Source of the DNA: a virus
IMG/VR virus record: IMGVR_UViG_3300022745_000046
Span: 15,502-47,501 of that record
DNA: 32,000 nucleotides
Direction: 5' to 3' (one strand)
The notes under the pieces were generated by a model. The model ran no database searches and was not told the DNA's origin. It worked only from the letters and a program-made list of their open reading frames with translations. The position numbers and the translations under genes were made by a program. Every line of letters begins with the position of its first letter. Within the stretch, counting starts at the first letter, position 1. This document shows, in pieces, positions 1-8,773 of this stretch.

Positions 1-540
1 TTGAGAACATCATCAGTTGCTCAAACAAGAGAAGCATTTGAGACAACTGAAGGAAATTCGTATATTGTCTCGTCAGACATAGCCTTGAATGGCGGAGCTT
101 ATGTGCCTCCAGTCAGTGGATCATATCTCGCATATGTTACGAATAATTCAAAGACACAGAATGCAATAGTGACTGAACTTGTTCTTTCTGCTGAAGCAAG
201 TGTCGGAATGAGATTTAGAATTGAAGCAGGGAATACAATAGGCACCCCAGCGAACAATATAAAGACATTGCCATTCAACGATCTTCTTTTTGATCTTGTT
301 CCAACAGATCTTGACATAGAATTTTGGTCAGGTCTAGCAACTTTTGATGGAATTTCAAATGACGGGCATGCTATAATCTCAGGCTTCCTTCCAGGAATCC
401 CTGTTTCTATAAACACAAATAGCTCGAGAGTCATTCCTCCAAATAAGACTCTTGCAATTTGGGCATCAGGAAATGGCATTTCGAAGCTTAGCTTCGCAGT
501 TAGATTCATTCTTGAAGATCAACTTTCTGAAGAACTATAA
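1..540 (+). CDS. hypothetical virion/tail-associated protein, 5' end probably outside the window
   Basis: The frame is open from base 1 to TAA 538-540. The position-1 TTG is probably not the true start. It lies directly upstream of, and co-oriented with, the fibre gene cluster. The sequence is beta-rich with no catalytic motif recognised. Confidence 0.5.
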   Translation: MRTSSVAQTREAFETTEGNSYIVSSDIALNGGAYVPPVSGSYLAYVTNNSKTQNAIVTELVLSAEASVGMRFRIEAGNTIGTPANNIKTLPFNDLLFDLVPTDLDIEFWSGLATFDGISNDGHAIISGFLPGIPVSINTNSSRVIPPNKTLAIWASGNGISKLSFAVRFILEDQLSEEL

Positions 541-553
541 TCTGAGGTAGGAC

Positions 554-922
554 TTGCCCTTAGACATTCACGTAATAGATCCAGCAACAGGAAATTCTGT
601 CAGAGTTGACAGAGATGGCTCTCTTCATGTTTCTGCGTCTATCTCTATTACGCCAGTCAGTTCGTCTCTTAAGATTGTTCATGCGATGACGGGATCTGGT
701 GGTTTGCTTTTGACGGCAAAAACGAGAGATAGTTTCTCTGTCTATAATCATTCGACTTCAGTCTTATACTTAACATTTGGAGACGTTGCTTCAACTTCAT
801 CATTCTCTGTTGCTCTGTTGTCAAATGGCTTTTACGAGTCTTCGAATCACTATTCTGGACCAGTAGCAGGAGTCTGGGACAGCCCAGTAACAGGAAGTGC
901 ACAGGTAACTGAGTATACATAA
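554..922 (+). CDS. hypothetical small beta-rich structural protein
   Basis: TTG start at 554 is preceded by a strong SD (tGAGGTAGGac, 544-551). Its TAA stop overlaps the ATG of the fibre gene (TAATG at 920-924), suggesting translational coupling. No motif recognised. Confidence 0.55.
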   Translation: MPLDIHVIDPATGNSVRVDRDGSLHVSASISITPVSSSLKIVHAMTGSGGLLLTAKTRDSFSVYNHSTSVLYLTFGDVASTSSFSVALLSNGFYESSNHYSGPVAGVWDSPVTGSAQVTEYT

Positions 923-3900
923 TGCCACTATATCAACCACCAGGCCAACAGATAACAGTTAATCTATCTCAGACAATAAGTGGAGTTGCCACTGTGTCTG
1001 CAGGTTTGTCTTCGATGAGCTCTGGAGAGCTTGTATTCTCCAATTCGAATGGTGTGTCATTTGGAATGAACAATGGCACAATCACAGCTTCTGTTGCTGG
1101 AGGCGGCGGAGGCGGAGCAGGAAGCTACAACATTCTTGCAGCAGGAACTCAAACAGCAAATTCAACAGGGACTGTTGCTTTTGTCAACAGCAACAATGTC
1201 TCATTTGGAATGAGCAACAACTCTGTCATAACTGCTTCAGTAAGTTATTCTCAGTCAACAGCTCCTTCTGCAATATCAGCAGGAACAGCTATAGCAACAA
1301 ATGGAACAGTTGCTCTTGCAAATTCAAACGGCATCTCATTCGGAATGAATGCTGGAACTATAACTGCTTCATATACTGTTCCAAACGTTCCAGTTCAGAC
1401 AAATCAGTCAATTGGACTTTATGCTTCTGGAAATACAACAGGGCAGTCAAGCTCTTCAACTTTTGATGCTAGATCATTGTCAGTTTCTGGAGTGGGAATA
1501 GTCTCAGTTGGAGAATCTGGCGGGCAGCTTATAATTTCTGCAACAACTGCACAGTCAGTTCAAACACAGAATTCAGTTCAAGTTCTAGGATCATCTGGCA
1601 ATGTTTCTTTTGGAAACGCTAATGGTGTGTCATTTGGCGGTAATGCTTCTACAATAACGGCCTCAGTTGCAGCAGGAGCAACTGCAACGGGAAATCTAGG
1701 CGGCATCTCAGCTGGAACAACTTTGGCAACAAATGGCACAGTTGCTCTCTCTAACAGCAACGGAATAAGCTTTGGTATGAATGCTGGAACTATAACTGCT
1801 TCATACACAGTTCCAACGCAATCTGTTCAGACTCAAAATTCTGTTCAAGTTCTGGGATCTTCTGGAAACATTTCATTTGGAAATGCCAATGGAATTTCAT
1901 TCGGTGGAAATGGTTCAACGATCACAGCTTCATACACTGTGCCAACTCAGACAAATCAGACCCAGGGAATTTACGGAGTAGGAAATACAGCTGGACAGTC
2001 ATCTTCTTCTACATACGATGCAAGAAGCTTGACAGTAAGCGGAGCTGGAATAGTCTCTGTCGGAAATTCTGGTGGATCTATCATAATTTCTGCAACAACA
2101 GCTCAGTCAATTCAGACTCAGAATTCAATTCAAGTTCTTGGATCAAGCGGAAATATCTCGTTTGCCAATGGAAATGGCGTGTCATTTGGAGCAAATGCTT
2201 CAACTGTCACTGCTTCTGTTGCAGCTGGTGCTACAGCAACAGGAAACTTTGGAGGAATATCAGCTGGAACGACACAGGCAACAAACAACACTGTCATTCT
2301 TTCAAATTCAAATGGTATAAGCTTTGGAATGAATGCTGGAACTGTTACAGCTTCATATACAGTTCCAACACAGACAAATCAGACAGAGGGTTGGTATGCT
2401 GTTGGAAACACGACTGGTCAGTCATCTTCTTCAACTTACGATGCCAGAAGTATAACACTGAGCGCTGCAGGCATAATCTCAATTGGCAATTCTGGTGGCT
2501 CAGTTATTATCTCAGCTTCTTCTAATCAATCTGTTCAGACTCAAAACTCTGTTCAGGTTCTAGGATCTAGCGGCAATGTTTCTTTTGGAAATGCAAATAA
2601 TGTAACATTCGGGGCAAATGCTTCCACAATAACAGCATCAATTCCAGCAGGGGCAACAGCAACTGGTAATCTTGGAGCTCTAGCTGCAGGAACACAAACA
2701 GGATCATCTGGCACGATTGCTCTTGTCAACTCAAACGGTATCTCATTTGGAATGTCAAATAGCAGTCAAATAACTGCTTCATACACTGTTCCAACTCAGT
2801 CTGTTCAGTCATACAATATTCTTGCAGCAGGAACTCAGACTGCAAATACGTCGGGAACTGTTTCATTTGCGAATAGCAATAACATATCCTTTGGCATGAG
2901 CAATAGCTCAGTCATCACAGCTTCATTCAGTTACACTCAGTCAGTCGCGCCTAATGCTATATCAGCTGGAACTACTCTTGCTTCTACAGGCACTGTAGTG
3001 TTCTCAAACTCGAACAATGTAACGTTCGGTATGAACAACGGAACAATCACAGCTTCTGCAAATGCTGCTGGAGTTGGTGATGGTTACAATATCATTGCTG
3101 CAGGAACACAGACTGCTAACACGACAGGAACGATAGCTTTCCTTAACAGCAACAGCATTTCATTCGGAATGAGCAATAGCAGCCAAATCACTGCTTCATT
3201 CTCTTATACGCAGTCGACAGCACCAGCAGCATTCTCAGCAGGAACTACTCTTGCTTCAAATGGAACTGTTGCTCTCTCAAACAGTAACGGCATTTCATTT
3301 GGAATGAATGCAGGAACAATTACTGCTTCATACACTGTTCCAAACGTCCCTGCTCAGACAAATCAGACTCTGGGACTTTATGCTTCTGGAAATACAACAG
3401 GACAATCTTCATCTACGACGATAGATGCAAGAAGTTTGACATTGAGTGCCGCAGGCAACGCAAGTTTGGGTTACTCAAATGGAGCAATAGTCGTTTCAGT
3501 TGTGGCAGCAGGAGCAGCTGACGGTGTCAATATTCTTGCAGCAGGAACTCAAACAGCAACGTCAAACGGAACAGTTGCATTCCTGAACAGCAACAACATT
3601 TCATTCGGAATGTCAAATAGCAGTCAGATAACTGCTTCATTCTCATACACACAATCAACTGCTCCTTCTGCAGTCTCAGCAGGAACAACTCAGGCAACAA
3701 ACGGGACGATCGCTCTTTCTAATTCAAACGGAATCAGCTTTGGAATGAACGCGGGCACAATCACAGCTTCATATACAGTTCCCAACGTTCCAGCCCAGAC
3801 AGCACAAACAGTCGGTTACTATGCAACGGGAAACACGACTGGACAGTCATCTTCTTCAACTTACGATGCAAGAAGCATAACTCTCAGCGCTGCAGGAATA

Positions 3901-6531
3901 ATTTCAATTGGTAATTCAGGCGGTTCACTGATAGTTTCTGCAACAACTTCACAATCTGTTCAGACTCAGAATTCAGTTCAAGTTCTTGGTTCCTCAGGAA
4001 ATATCTCGTTTGGTAATGCAAACGGAGTTACATTCGGAGCAAACGCTTCGACAGTGACAGCGTCAGTTGCAGCTGGAGCAACGGCAACAGGAAATTTCGG
4101 AGCAATAGGAGCAGGAACACAGACTGCGACATCTGGAACAGTAACTTTTGCAAATTCAAACAATATAACATTCGGGATGTCTGGTTCTAACCAGATAACT
4201 GCTTCATTCTCTTATACACAGTCAACAGCTCCTTCTGCAATATCTGCCGGAACAACTCAAGCAACGAACAACACAGTTGTTTTGTCAAACAGTAATGGCA
4301 TTTCATTCGGAATGAATGCAGGAACAATTACTGCTTCTTACACAGTCCCAACACAGACAAATCAGACTGTTGGCCTTTACGCATCGAACAACACAACGGG
4401 GCAATCAAGTTCTTCTACATATGATGCTAGATCAATAAGCTTCTCTGGAGCCGGAATAATTTCTGTCGGCAACTCAGGCGGAGCATTCCAGATTTCTGCA
4501 ACTCAGTCTGTCCAGACTCAAAACTCTGTTCAGGTTCTGGGATCTTCAGGAAACATAAGCTTCGGCAATGCAAACGGAATTTCATTCGGTGGAAATGGTT
4601 CCACAATAACAGCTTCGTATACTGTTCCAGCTCAGACAAACCAGACAGAAGGATTCTATGCTGCTGGAAACACTACAGGACAGTCTTCATCTTCTACATT
4701 TGATGCAAGATCAGTAACAATTCAAGGAGCTGGAAACGTTTCTGTCGGTTACTCTGGTGGTTCCATCATCATCTCTGCAACTGGAGCAGGCGGAGGTGGA
4801 GCAGATGGTGTAAACATCATTGCAGCCGGAACTCAGACTGCTAACACAACTGGAACGGTTGCATTCCTGAACAGCAACAATGTATCATTTGGAATGACAA
4901 ACAGCAGTCAGGTCACTGCTTCATTCTCATATTCTCAGTCAACAGCTCCCTCTGCAATTTCAGCAGGAACAACACAGGCAACGAACAATACTGTCGTATT
5001 CAGTAATTCAAACAACATTTCATTTGGAATGAATGCAGGAACGATAACAGCATCTGTTTCAGAAACTCCATTTGGCATTTCTGCTGGAACTCAGTCAATC
5101 TCAACTGGAACGATGGTATTCTCGAATTCGAATAACGTTTCGTTTGGTATGTCTGGTTCTTCGAGAATAACTGCTTCATTCTCTTATACGCAGTCAACAG
5201 CTCCTTCTGCAATATCTGCTGGAACAACTCAGGCAACAAACAACACAGTCGTCCTTTCAAACAGCAACGGTATAAGCTTCGGAATGAATGCTGGCACAAT
5301 TACAGCTTCATATACTGTGCCAACTCAGTCTGTTCAGACAATCGGACTGTACGCTGGTGGAAACACAACAGGACAATCTTCATCTTCAACATTTGATGCA
5401 AGAACAATCAGTTTCTCTGGTGCAGGTATAGCGAGCGTCGGTTACTCTGGAGGTTCTGTCATCATTTCTGTTCCTGCTGGAGGCGGTGGTGGAGATGGTT
5501 ACAATATTGTTCAGGCTGGAACAACTGGCACAACGGGTTCAACTTGGTCTTCAATATCTGCAACAGTTAGACTTAATGGATCTAACGGGATAATAGTCTC
5601 ACAAAACAATTCAAACGACATCGTAATCTACGACAATGACAATCTTGCAATAGTGGGAAATACTGCAGGTGCTCAGTCAACAGTATCTGCAAATGGAACT
5701 TTCTATTTGTCTGGTGGACCAAACGTAACTCTGTCGCAGAATGGTCAGACAATCGCAATTTCTGCTGGCGCTGGAGGCGGTGGTGGCGCTCTTACATTGA
5801 ATGATCATGTTCCTTATTGGCCAGCATCAACTGCAGGTCAGACTTTGGGAGCTCTTAACGCAACAACAGCAAGCGCGTTTGTATTCCCTATCTCTGTCGG
5901 AGCTTACTTAAACTTCAATGCAATAAGAATGCTTTTCAGCAATTCTTATGTCACTTCAACAGCTGCAGGAAGCCAGACGATAACAAGTCAGTTTGGTCTA
6001 TACAGCAACAATGCAAGCACTCTATCTCTAATCTCTTCAAACTCATTCTCAATAGCTATTTCAAACTCAAGCGTTTCTGCAACAGTAAGTGCTCCTTTGA
6101 CAACTGCAACAACTGGGTACGCATATAACACGTTGACAGCTTCAACAACAGCTCAGATACACTCTCTGTTTGGAACAGTTGGATTTAGACAATTTGATCT
6201 TCAGTTTGGAAATTCAATGTCAATGACACCTGGAATCTATTGGCTTGCAGTTCATCAGAGATTCTCTTCTTCAAGCAACGCTATCGGAGTTTCTGCTTCT
6301 ATGGTCGGAAACGTTGTTGCAGCTATAAACAACGTTGCTCCATTTGGACTTGCAACTTCTGCAAACACAACGAATTTCGCGCTGAGAGATCCTCTGTATG
6401 GTCTCGGTGTCTATACATCAACTGGTTCTGCTGGTTATGGTGGTGTTGGAATCCCCTCTGCTTCAATGTTCCTGTCAGGTATTGCTCATACAGTCACTCT
6501 TCTTCCTCTCGTAACAATTTTAAGCACATAA
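922..6531 (+). CDS. giant repetitive tail-fibre/adhesin-like protein (1869 aa)
   Basis: Uninterrupted 5.6-kb frame. By eye there are ~24 modules of the type NSN(G/N)(I/V)SFGM(N/S)xxx(I/V)TAS(Y/F)(T/S) and 8 modules of the type GNTTGQSSSSTYDARSxxxSGAGIxSVGxSGGSxIISAT. Gly runs (GGGGGG, GAGGGGADG, PAGGGGGDG, GAGGGGGAL) act as apparent hinges. A non-repetitive ~330-aa C-terminal domain spans about 5530-6531. The fibre call rests on position in the tail module and on composition. Confidence 0.75.
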   Translation: MPLYQPPGQQITVNLSQTISGVATVSAGLSSMSSGELVFSNSNGVSFGMNNGTITASVAGGGGGGAGSYNILAAGTQTANSTGTVAFVNSNNVSFGMSNNSVITASVSYSQSTAPSAISAGTAIATNGTVALANSNGISFGMNAGTITASYTVPNVPVQTNQSIGLYASGNTTGQSSSSTFDARSLSVSGVGIVSVGESGGQLIISATTAQSVQTQNSVQVLGSSGNVSFGNANGVSFGGNASTITASVAAGATATGNLGGISAGTTLATNGTVALSNSNGISFGMNAGTITASYTVPTQSVQTQNSVQVLGSSGNISFGNANGISFGGNGSTITASYTVPTQTNQTQGIYGVGNTAGQSSSSTYDARSLTVSGAGIVSVGNSGGSIIISATTAQSIQTQNSIQVLGSSGNISFANGNGVSFGANASTVTASVAAGATATGNFGGISAGTTQATNNTVILSNSNGISFGMNAGTVTASYTVPTQTNQTEGWYAVGNTTGQSSSSTYDARSITLSAAGIISIGNSGGSVIISASSNQSVQTQNSVQVLGSSGNVSFGNANNVTFGANASTITASIPAGATATGNLGALAAGTQTGSSGTIALVNSNGISFGMSNSSQITASYTVPTQSVQSYNILAAGTQTANTSGTVSFANSNNISFGMSNSSVITASFSYTQSVAPNAISAGTTLASTGTVVFSNSNNVTFGMNNGTITASANAAGVGDGYNIIAAGTQTANTTGTIAFLNSNSISFGMSNSSQITASFSYTQSTAPAAFSAGTTLASNGTVALSNSNGISFGMNAGTITASYTVPNVPAQTNQTLGLYASGNTTGQSSSTTIDARSLTLSAAGNASLGYSNGAIVVSVVAAGAADGVNILAAGTQTATSNGTVAFLNSNNISFGMSNSSQITASFSYTQSTAPSAVSAGTTQATNGTIALSNSNGISFGMNAGTITASYTVPNVPAQTAQTVGYYATGNTTGQSSSSTYDARSITLSAAGIISIGNSGGSLIVSATTSQSVQTQNSVQVLGSSGNISFGNANGVTFGANASTVTASVAAGATATGNFGAIGAGTQTATSGTVTFANSNNITFGMSGSNQITASFSYTQSTAPSAISAGTTQATNNTVVLSNSNGISFGMNAGTITASYTVPTQTNQTVGLYASNNTTGQSSSSTYDARSISFSGAGIISVGNSGGAFQISATQSVQTQNSVQVLGSSGNISFGNANGISFGGNGSTITASYTVPAQTNQTEGFYAAGNTTGQSSSSTFDARSVTIQGAGNVSVGYSGGSIIISATGAGGGGADGVNIIAAGTQTANTTGTVAFLNSNNVSFGMTNSSQVTASFSYSQSTAPSAISAGTTQATNNTVVFSNSNNISFGMNAGTITASVSETPFGISAGTQSISTGTMVFSNSNNVSFGMSGSSRITASFSYTQSTAPSAISAGTTQATNNTVVLSNSNGISFGMNAGTITASYTVPTQSVQTIGLYAGGNTTGQSSSSTFDARTISFSGAGIASVGYSGGSVIISVPAGGGGGDGYNIVQAGTTGTTGSTWSSISATVRLNGSNGIIVSQNNSNDIVIYDNDNLAIVGNTAGAQSTVSANGTFYLSGGPNVTLSQNGQTIAISAGAGGGGGALTLNDHVPYWPASTAGQTLGALNATTASAFVFPISVGAYLNFNAIRMLFSNSYVTSTAAGSQTITSQFGLYSNNASTLSLISSNSFSIAISNSSVSATVSAPLTTATTGYAYNTLTASTTAQIHSLFGTVGFRQFDLQFGNSMSMTPGIYWLAVHQRFSSSSNAIGVSASMVGNVVAAINNVAPFGLATSANTTNFALRDPLYGLGVYTSTGSAGYGGVGIPSASMFLSGIAHTVTLLPLVTILST
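1000..5520 (+). repeat. intragenic tandem/interspersed coding repeats of the fibre gene
   Basis: Repeated ~120-400 nt blocks. For example, 4201-4340 vs 5171-5310 and 3281-3340 vs 4289-4348 are near-identical at protein level and roughly 85-90 percent identical at DNA level by eye. Confidence 0.9.
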
Positions 6532-6547
6532 ATTCATGCGTAAAGAA

Positions 6548-6571
6548 GTCCTAGGTATTTTAGGATTTTTG
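6548..6571 (+). terminator. weak hairpin plus T-run after the fibre gene
   Basis: GTCCTA (6548-6553) pairs with TAGGAT (6561-6566) including one G-U pair. The loop is 7 nt and is followed by TTTTT. Confidence 0.3.
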
Positions 6572-6586
6572 CCTGAAAGGTAATGC

Positions 6587-7333
6587 ATGGAAAATAAGAA
6601 CATTCCTGTTCAAGAAGTTGTTGACAACTTGAAGGGAAAAGGTTTCGAGAATGTTGAGCTTATCTCTGGAACAACATACAAAGATAGCTCCACTGTGATA
6701 ATCATTCCGACAAGAGGAATGATCTCTCATAGAGTTGTACAGTCTTGGCAGAACTTGATTGCTCCAATGAATCAGAAGAGAGCAATCATCTTTGCTCAAG
6801 GTCATGAAGTCGGTCATGCTTACAATGAGATGATCAAGAACATCATATCAAATCCAGAATTGTCAAAGTGGAAGTATATCATGACTCTGGAAGATGACAA
6901 TATCCAACCAGCAGATGCTCACATCAGACTTCTTGAAACGATAGAGTGGGGAAAGTTTGATGCTGTTTCTGGTCTGTATTTCACTAAAGGTGAGTACGGA
7001 ATGCCAATGGCATACGGAGATCCAGAAGAATATTTGAGAACAGGTGTTCTGGACTTCAAGCCAAGAGATGTAAGAGAAGCTCTTAAGAGAGGACATGTCA
7101 TGCCAGTAAATGGCATTGCAATGGGCTGCAGTCTGTACAGAATGGATATGTTCAAAGAGATTCAGGGTCCGTGGTTTGTGACTCTGAATGATGTCGTTCC
7201 AGACAAGGGAGTTGCATGCTTCACGCAAGATCTCTACTTCTGTGAAAAAGCAGTCAAAGCTGGAAAGAGATTTGCTGTAGATATGAGAGTCAAGGTCGGA
7301 CATCTTGACGTCAATTCTGGCGTAGTTTACTGA
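6587..7333 (+). CDS. GT-A fold (family-2-like) glycosyltransferase
   Basis: ATG with AAAGG SD. N-terminal beta-strand VIIIPTRG (about 6694-6717). Acidic DxD-type motif TLEDDN (6890-6898). Downstream GCSLYRMDMF and QDLYFCEKAVKAGKRF resemble GT2 acceptor-side motifs. Confidence 0.65.
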   Translation: MENKNIPVQEVVDNLKGKGFENVELISGTTYKDSSTVIIIPTRGMISHRVVQSWQNLIAPMNQKRAIIFAQGHEVGHAYNEMIKNIISNPELSKWKYIMTLEDDNIQPADAHIRLLETIEWGKFDAVSGLYFTKGEYGMPMAYGDPEEYLRTGVLDFKPRDVREALKRGHVMPVNGIAMGCSLYRMDMFKEIQGPWFVTLNDVVPDKGVACFTQDLYFCEKAVKAGKRFAVDMRVKVGHLDVNSGVVY

Positions 7334-7340
7334 GGATAAA

Positions 7341-8033
7341 ATGGCTAAAAAGAAAAGTGAAAAAGTAGTTCAGTCTAACTCTGAAATTCCTGCATGGTCA
7401 GCTCCATACAGTGGTCCACCACTCGAAGCGATTGTTGCTCCTCAACTGTCAAGTCCGACAACACTGAAGAAGCTAGATCTTGCTGCTGGTCAGAGACCAA
7501 GAGAGGGATTCGAAGGAGTTGACATTTGGGAGAAGTCTCAGCATCGTGTAGACTTGACAAAGTTCCCGTGGCCTTTTGAAGACAATTCAGTAGAAGAGCT
7601 TCACTGCTCTCACTACATCGAGCACATTCCAGCAAGAGAAATTGAAGAGAGAGATCTCGCTGACAAGAAGAGGACAGATCTTCTCGGTAAAGATCACTTC
7701 TTTGCATTCTTTGACGAGTGTTATAGAATTTTGGCTCCGGGTGGGTCAATGAAGATCATTTGTCCCGCTCTAAGAAACAACAGGGCTTTTCAGGATCCAA
7801 CTCATAGGAGATTCATTCCTGCAGAAACATTCTTGTATTTGAATGAAGAGTGGAGAAAGATCAATCTTCTTGACCATTATCGTTCAAACTGCAATTTCGC
7901 AGTGAATGTTGTTCCAACAGTTCCAGTTGAGATAACTCTTCTAAACCAAGAGACATCGAACATGAGAATGAACAACTATTGGAATGTAATCATAGACTGG
8001 GATGCAACTCTTAAGTCGATGAAAGTAAAGTAA
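7341..8033 (+). CDS. class I SAM-dependent methyltransferase (Methyltransf_11-like)
   Basis: SD GAGGA. Motif I-like LDLAAGQRPREGFEGVDI (about 7473-7530). FPWPFEDNSVEELHCSHYIEHIP and RILAPGGSMKI match the post-I/II/III pattern of small-molecule/protein methyltransferases. No DPPY/NPPY DNA-methyltransferase motif. Confidence 0.7.
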   Translation: MAKKKSEKVVQSNSEIPAWSAPYSGPPLEAIVAPQLSSPTTLKKLDLAAGQRPREGFEGVDIWEKSQHRVDLTKFPWPFEDNSVEELHCSHYIEHIPAREIEERDLADKKRTDLLGKDHFFAFFDECYRILAPGGSMKIICPALRNNRAFQDPTHRRFIPAETFLYLNEEWRKINLLDHYRSNCNFAVNVVPTVPVEITLLNQETSNMRMNNYWNVIIDWDATLKSMKVK

Positions 8034-8058
8034 CGATAGGTATTTAGATTATTGCCTC

Positions 8059-8094
8059 GAAGTCCCTGGGTCACTCTGGGGACTTTTTCTTTTA
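8059..8094 (+). terminator. rho-independent terminator
   Basis: AAGTCCC (8060-8066) pairs with GGGACTT (8079-8085). It is followed by the T-rich run TTTTTCTTTT. Confidence 0.7.
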
Positions 8095-8247
8095 TTTGTT
8101 GATAAATCATATGGTCACTCTAGTTAGAGTAACTGAGTGTCACAGACTTTTTGCTGAAGTTTTTTTGAAATTTGCTGAAAAACAAAAAGGTGCGATACTT
8201 AGTGATGAAGGTTGTATAGTTTAACAACTTTTCGGAGAGTGAAAGAT

Positions 8248-8739
8248 ATGGCTGCAGAAATTCTTGGTGTAAATGATTTGTTGGCAAATACGTACGAGCC
8301 AAAAAGAAAGTTCAGGTGGTTCTTGCAGATCGATGGCATCGATGCATATGTTCTCAAGACAGCTGCACGCCCTCAAGCTACATTCGAAGAAACTGTCATC
8401 GACTACATCAATGCAAAGCGTTATGTTTCAGGTAAGATGTCTTGGAACCCAATTCAGGTTACAATGCATGATCCTGTCGCTCCATCTGCTTCTCAGAAGA
8501 TAATGGATTGGTTGAGACTCAACTATGAACCTTTGACAGGAAGAATGGGCTATGCTTCTTTCTACAAGAAGAATATCTCTCTAAAGGTTCTTGATCCTCA
8601 AGGAACTGTTGTTGAACTCTGGGATCTAACTGGCGCATGGCCTCAAGACATCAACTGGGGAGATCTTGATTATGCTTCTTCAGACAATGTTGAAATTTCA
8701 TTTACATTGAGGTTTGACAATGCTACTTTGCAGTATTGA
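8248..8739 (+). CDS. tail tube protein, T4 gp19-like
   Basis: ATG 8248 with GGAGAG SD; the track's TTG 8212 start lacks an SD. KFRWFLQIDGI...VLKTAARP at the N-terminus. WNPIQVTMHDPVAPSASQKIMDWL and LWDLTGAWPQDINWGDLDYASSDNVEISFTLRFD align by eye with T4 gp19 DDWTVTVMNDEAHDARQKFVDWQ and IEIKGLWPTNVGELQLDWDSNNEIQTFEVTLALD. Confidence 0.8.
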   Translation: MAAEILGVNDLLANTYEPKRKFRWFLQIDGIDAYVLKTAARPQATFEETVIDYINAKRYVSGKMSWNPIQVTMHDPVAPSASQKIMDWLRLNYEPLTGRMGYASFYKKNISLKVLDPQGTVVELWDLTGAWPQDINWGDLDYASSDNVEISFTLRFDNATLQY

Positions 8740-8773
8740 TTGAATCGAGCTTATCTAGACAAGTTTTACAAAG

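Noticed and set aside
1000-5520. Regularly spaced DNA repeats that could superficially suggest a CRISPR array or satellite.
   Set aside because: The repeats are in-frame coding modules of one uninterrupted ORF. Copies are imperfect and recoded, there is no repeat-spacer alternation of fixed length, and no cas genes are present.
7341-8033. Methyltransferase as a DNA (anti-restriction) methyltransferase.
   Set aside because: There is no (D/N/S)PP(Y/F) catalytic motif and no target-recognition domain. The motif order and size fit small-molecule/protein Methyltransf_11-type enzymes, and the gene sits in the structural operon next to a glycosyltransferase.
8099-8220. Sigma70-like promoters upstream of the tube gene: TTGATA-16-TAGTTA, TTGCTG-16-GATACT and TATAGT at 8215. 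A direct repeat TTTGCTGAA also occurs at 8149 and 8171.
   Set aside because: All candidates have poor -10 or -35 matches or wrong spacing, so I could not single out one with confidence. Late phage promoters often do not follow the sigma70 consensus, so they are left unannotated.
8212-8247. TTG 8212 start for the tube gene, as given in the ORF track.
   Set aside because: There is no SD upstream of 8212. ATG 8248 lies 10 nt after GGAGAG and gives an N-terminus (MAAEILGV...) of typical tube-protein length.
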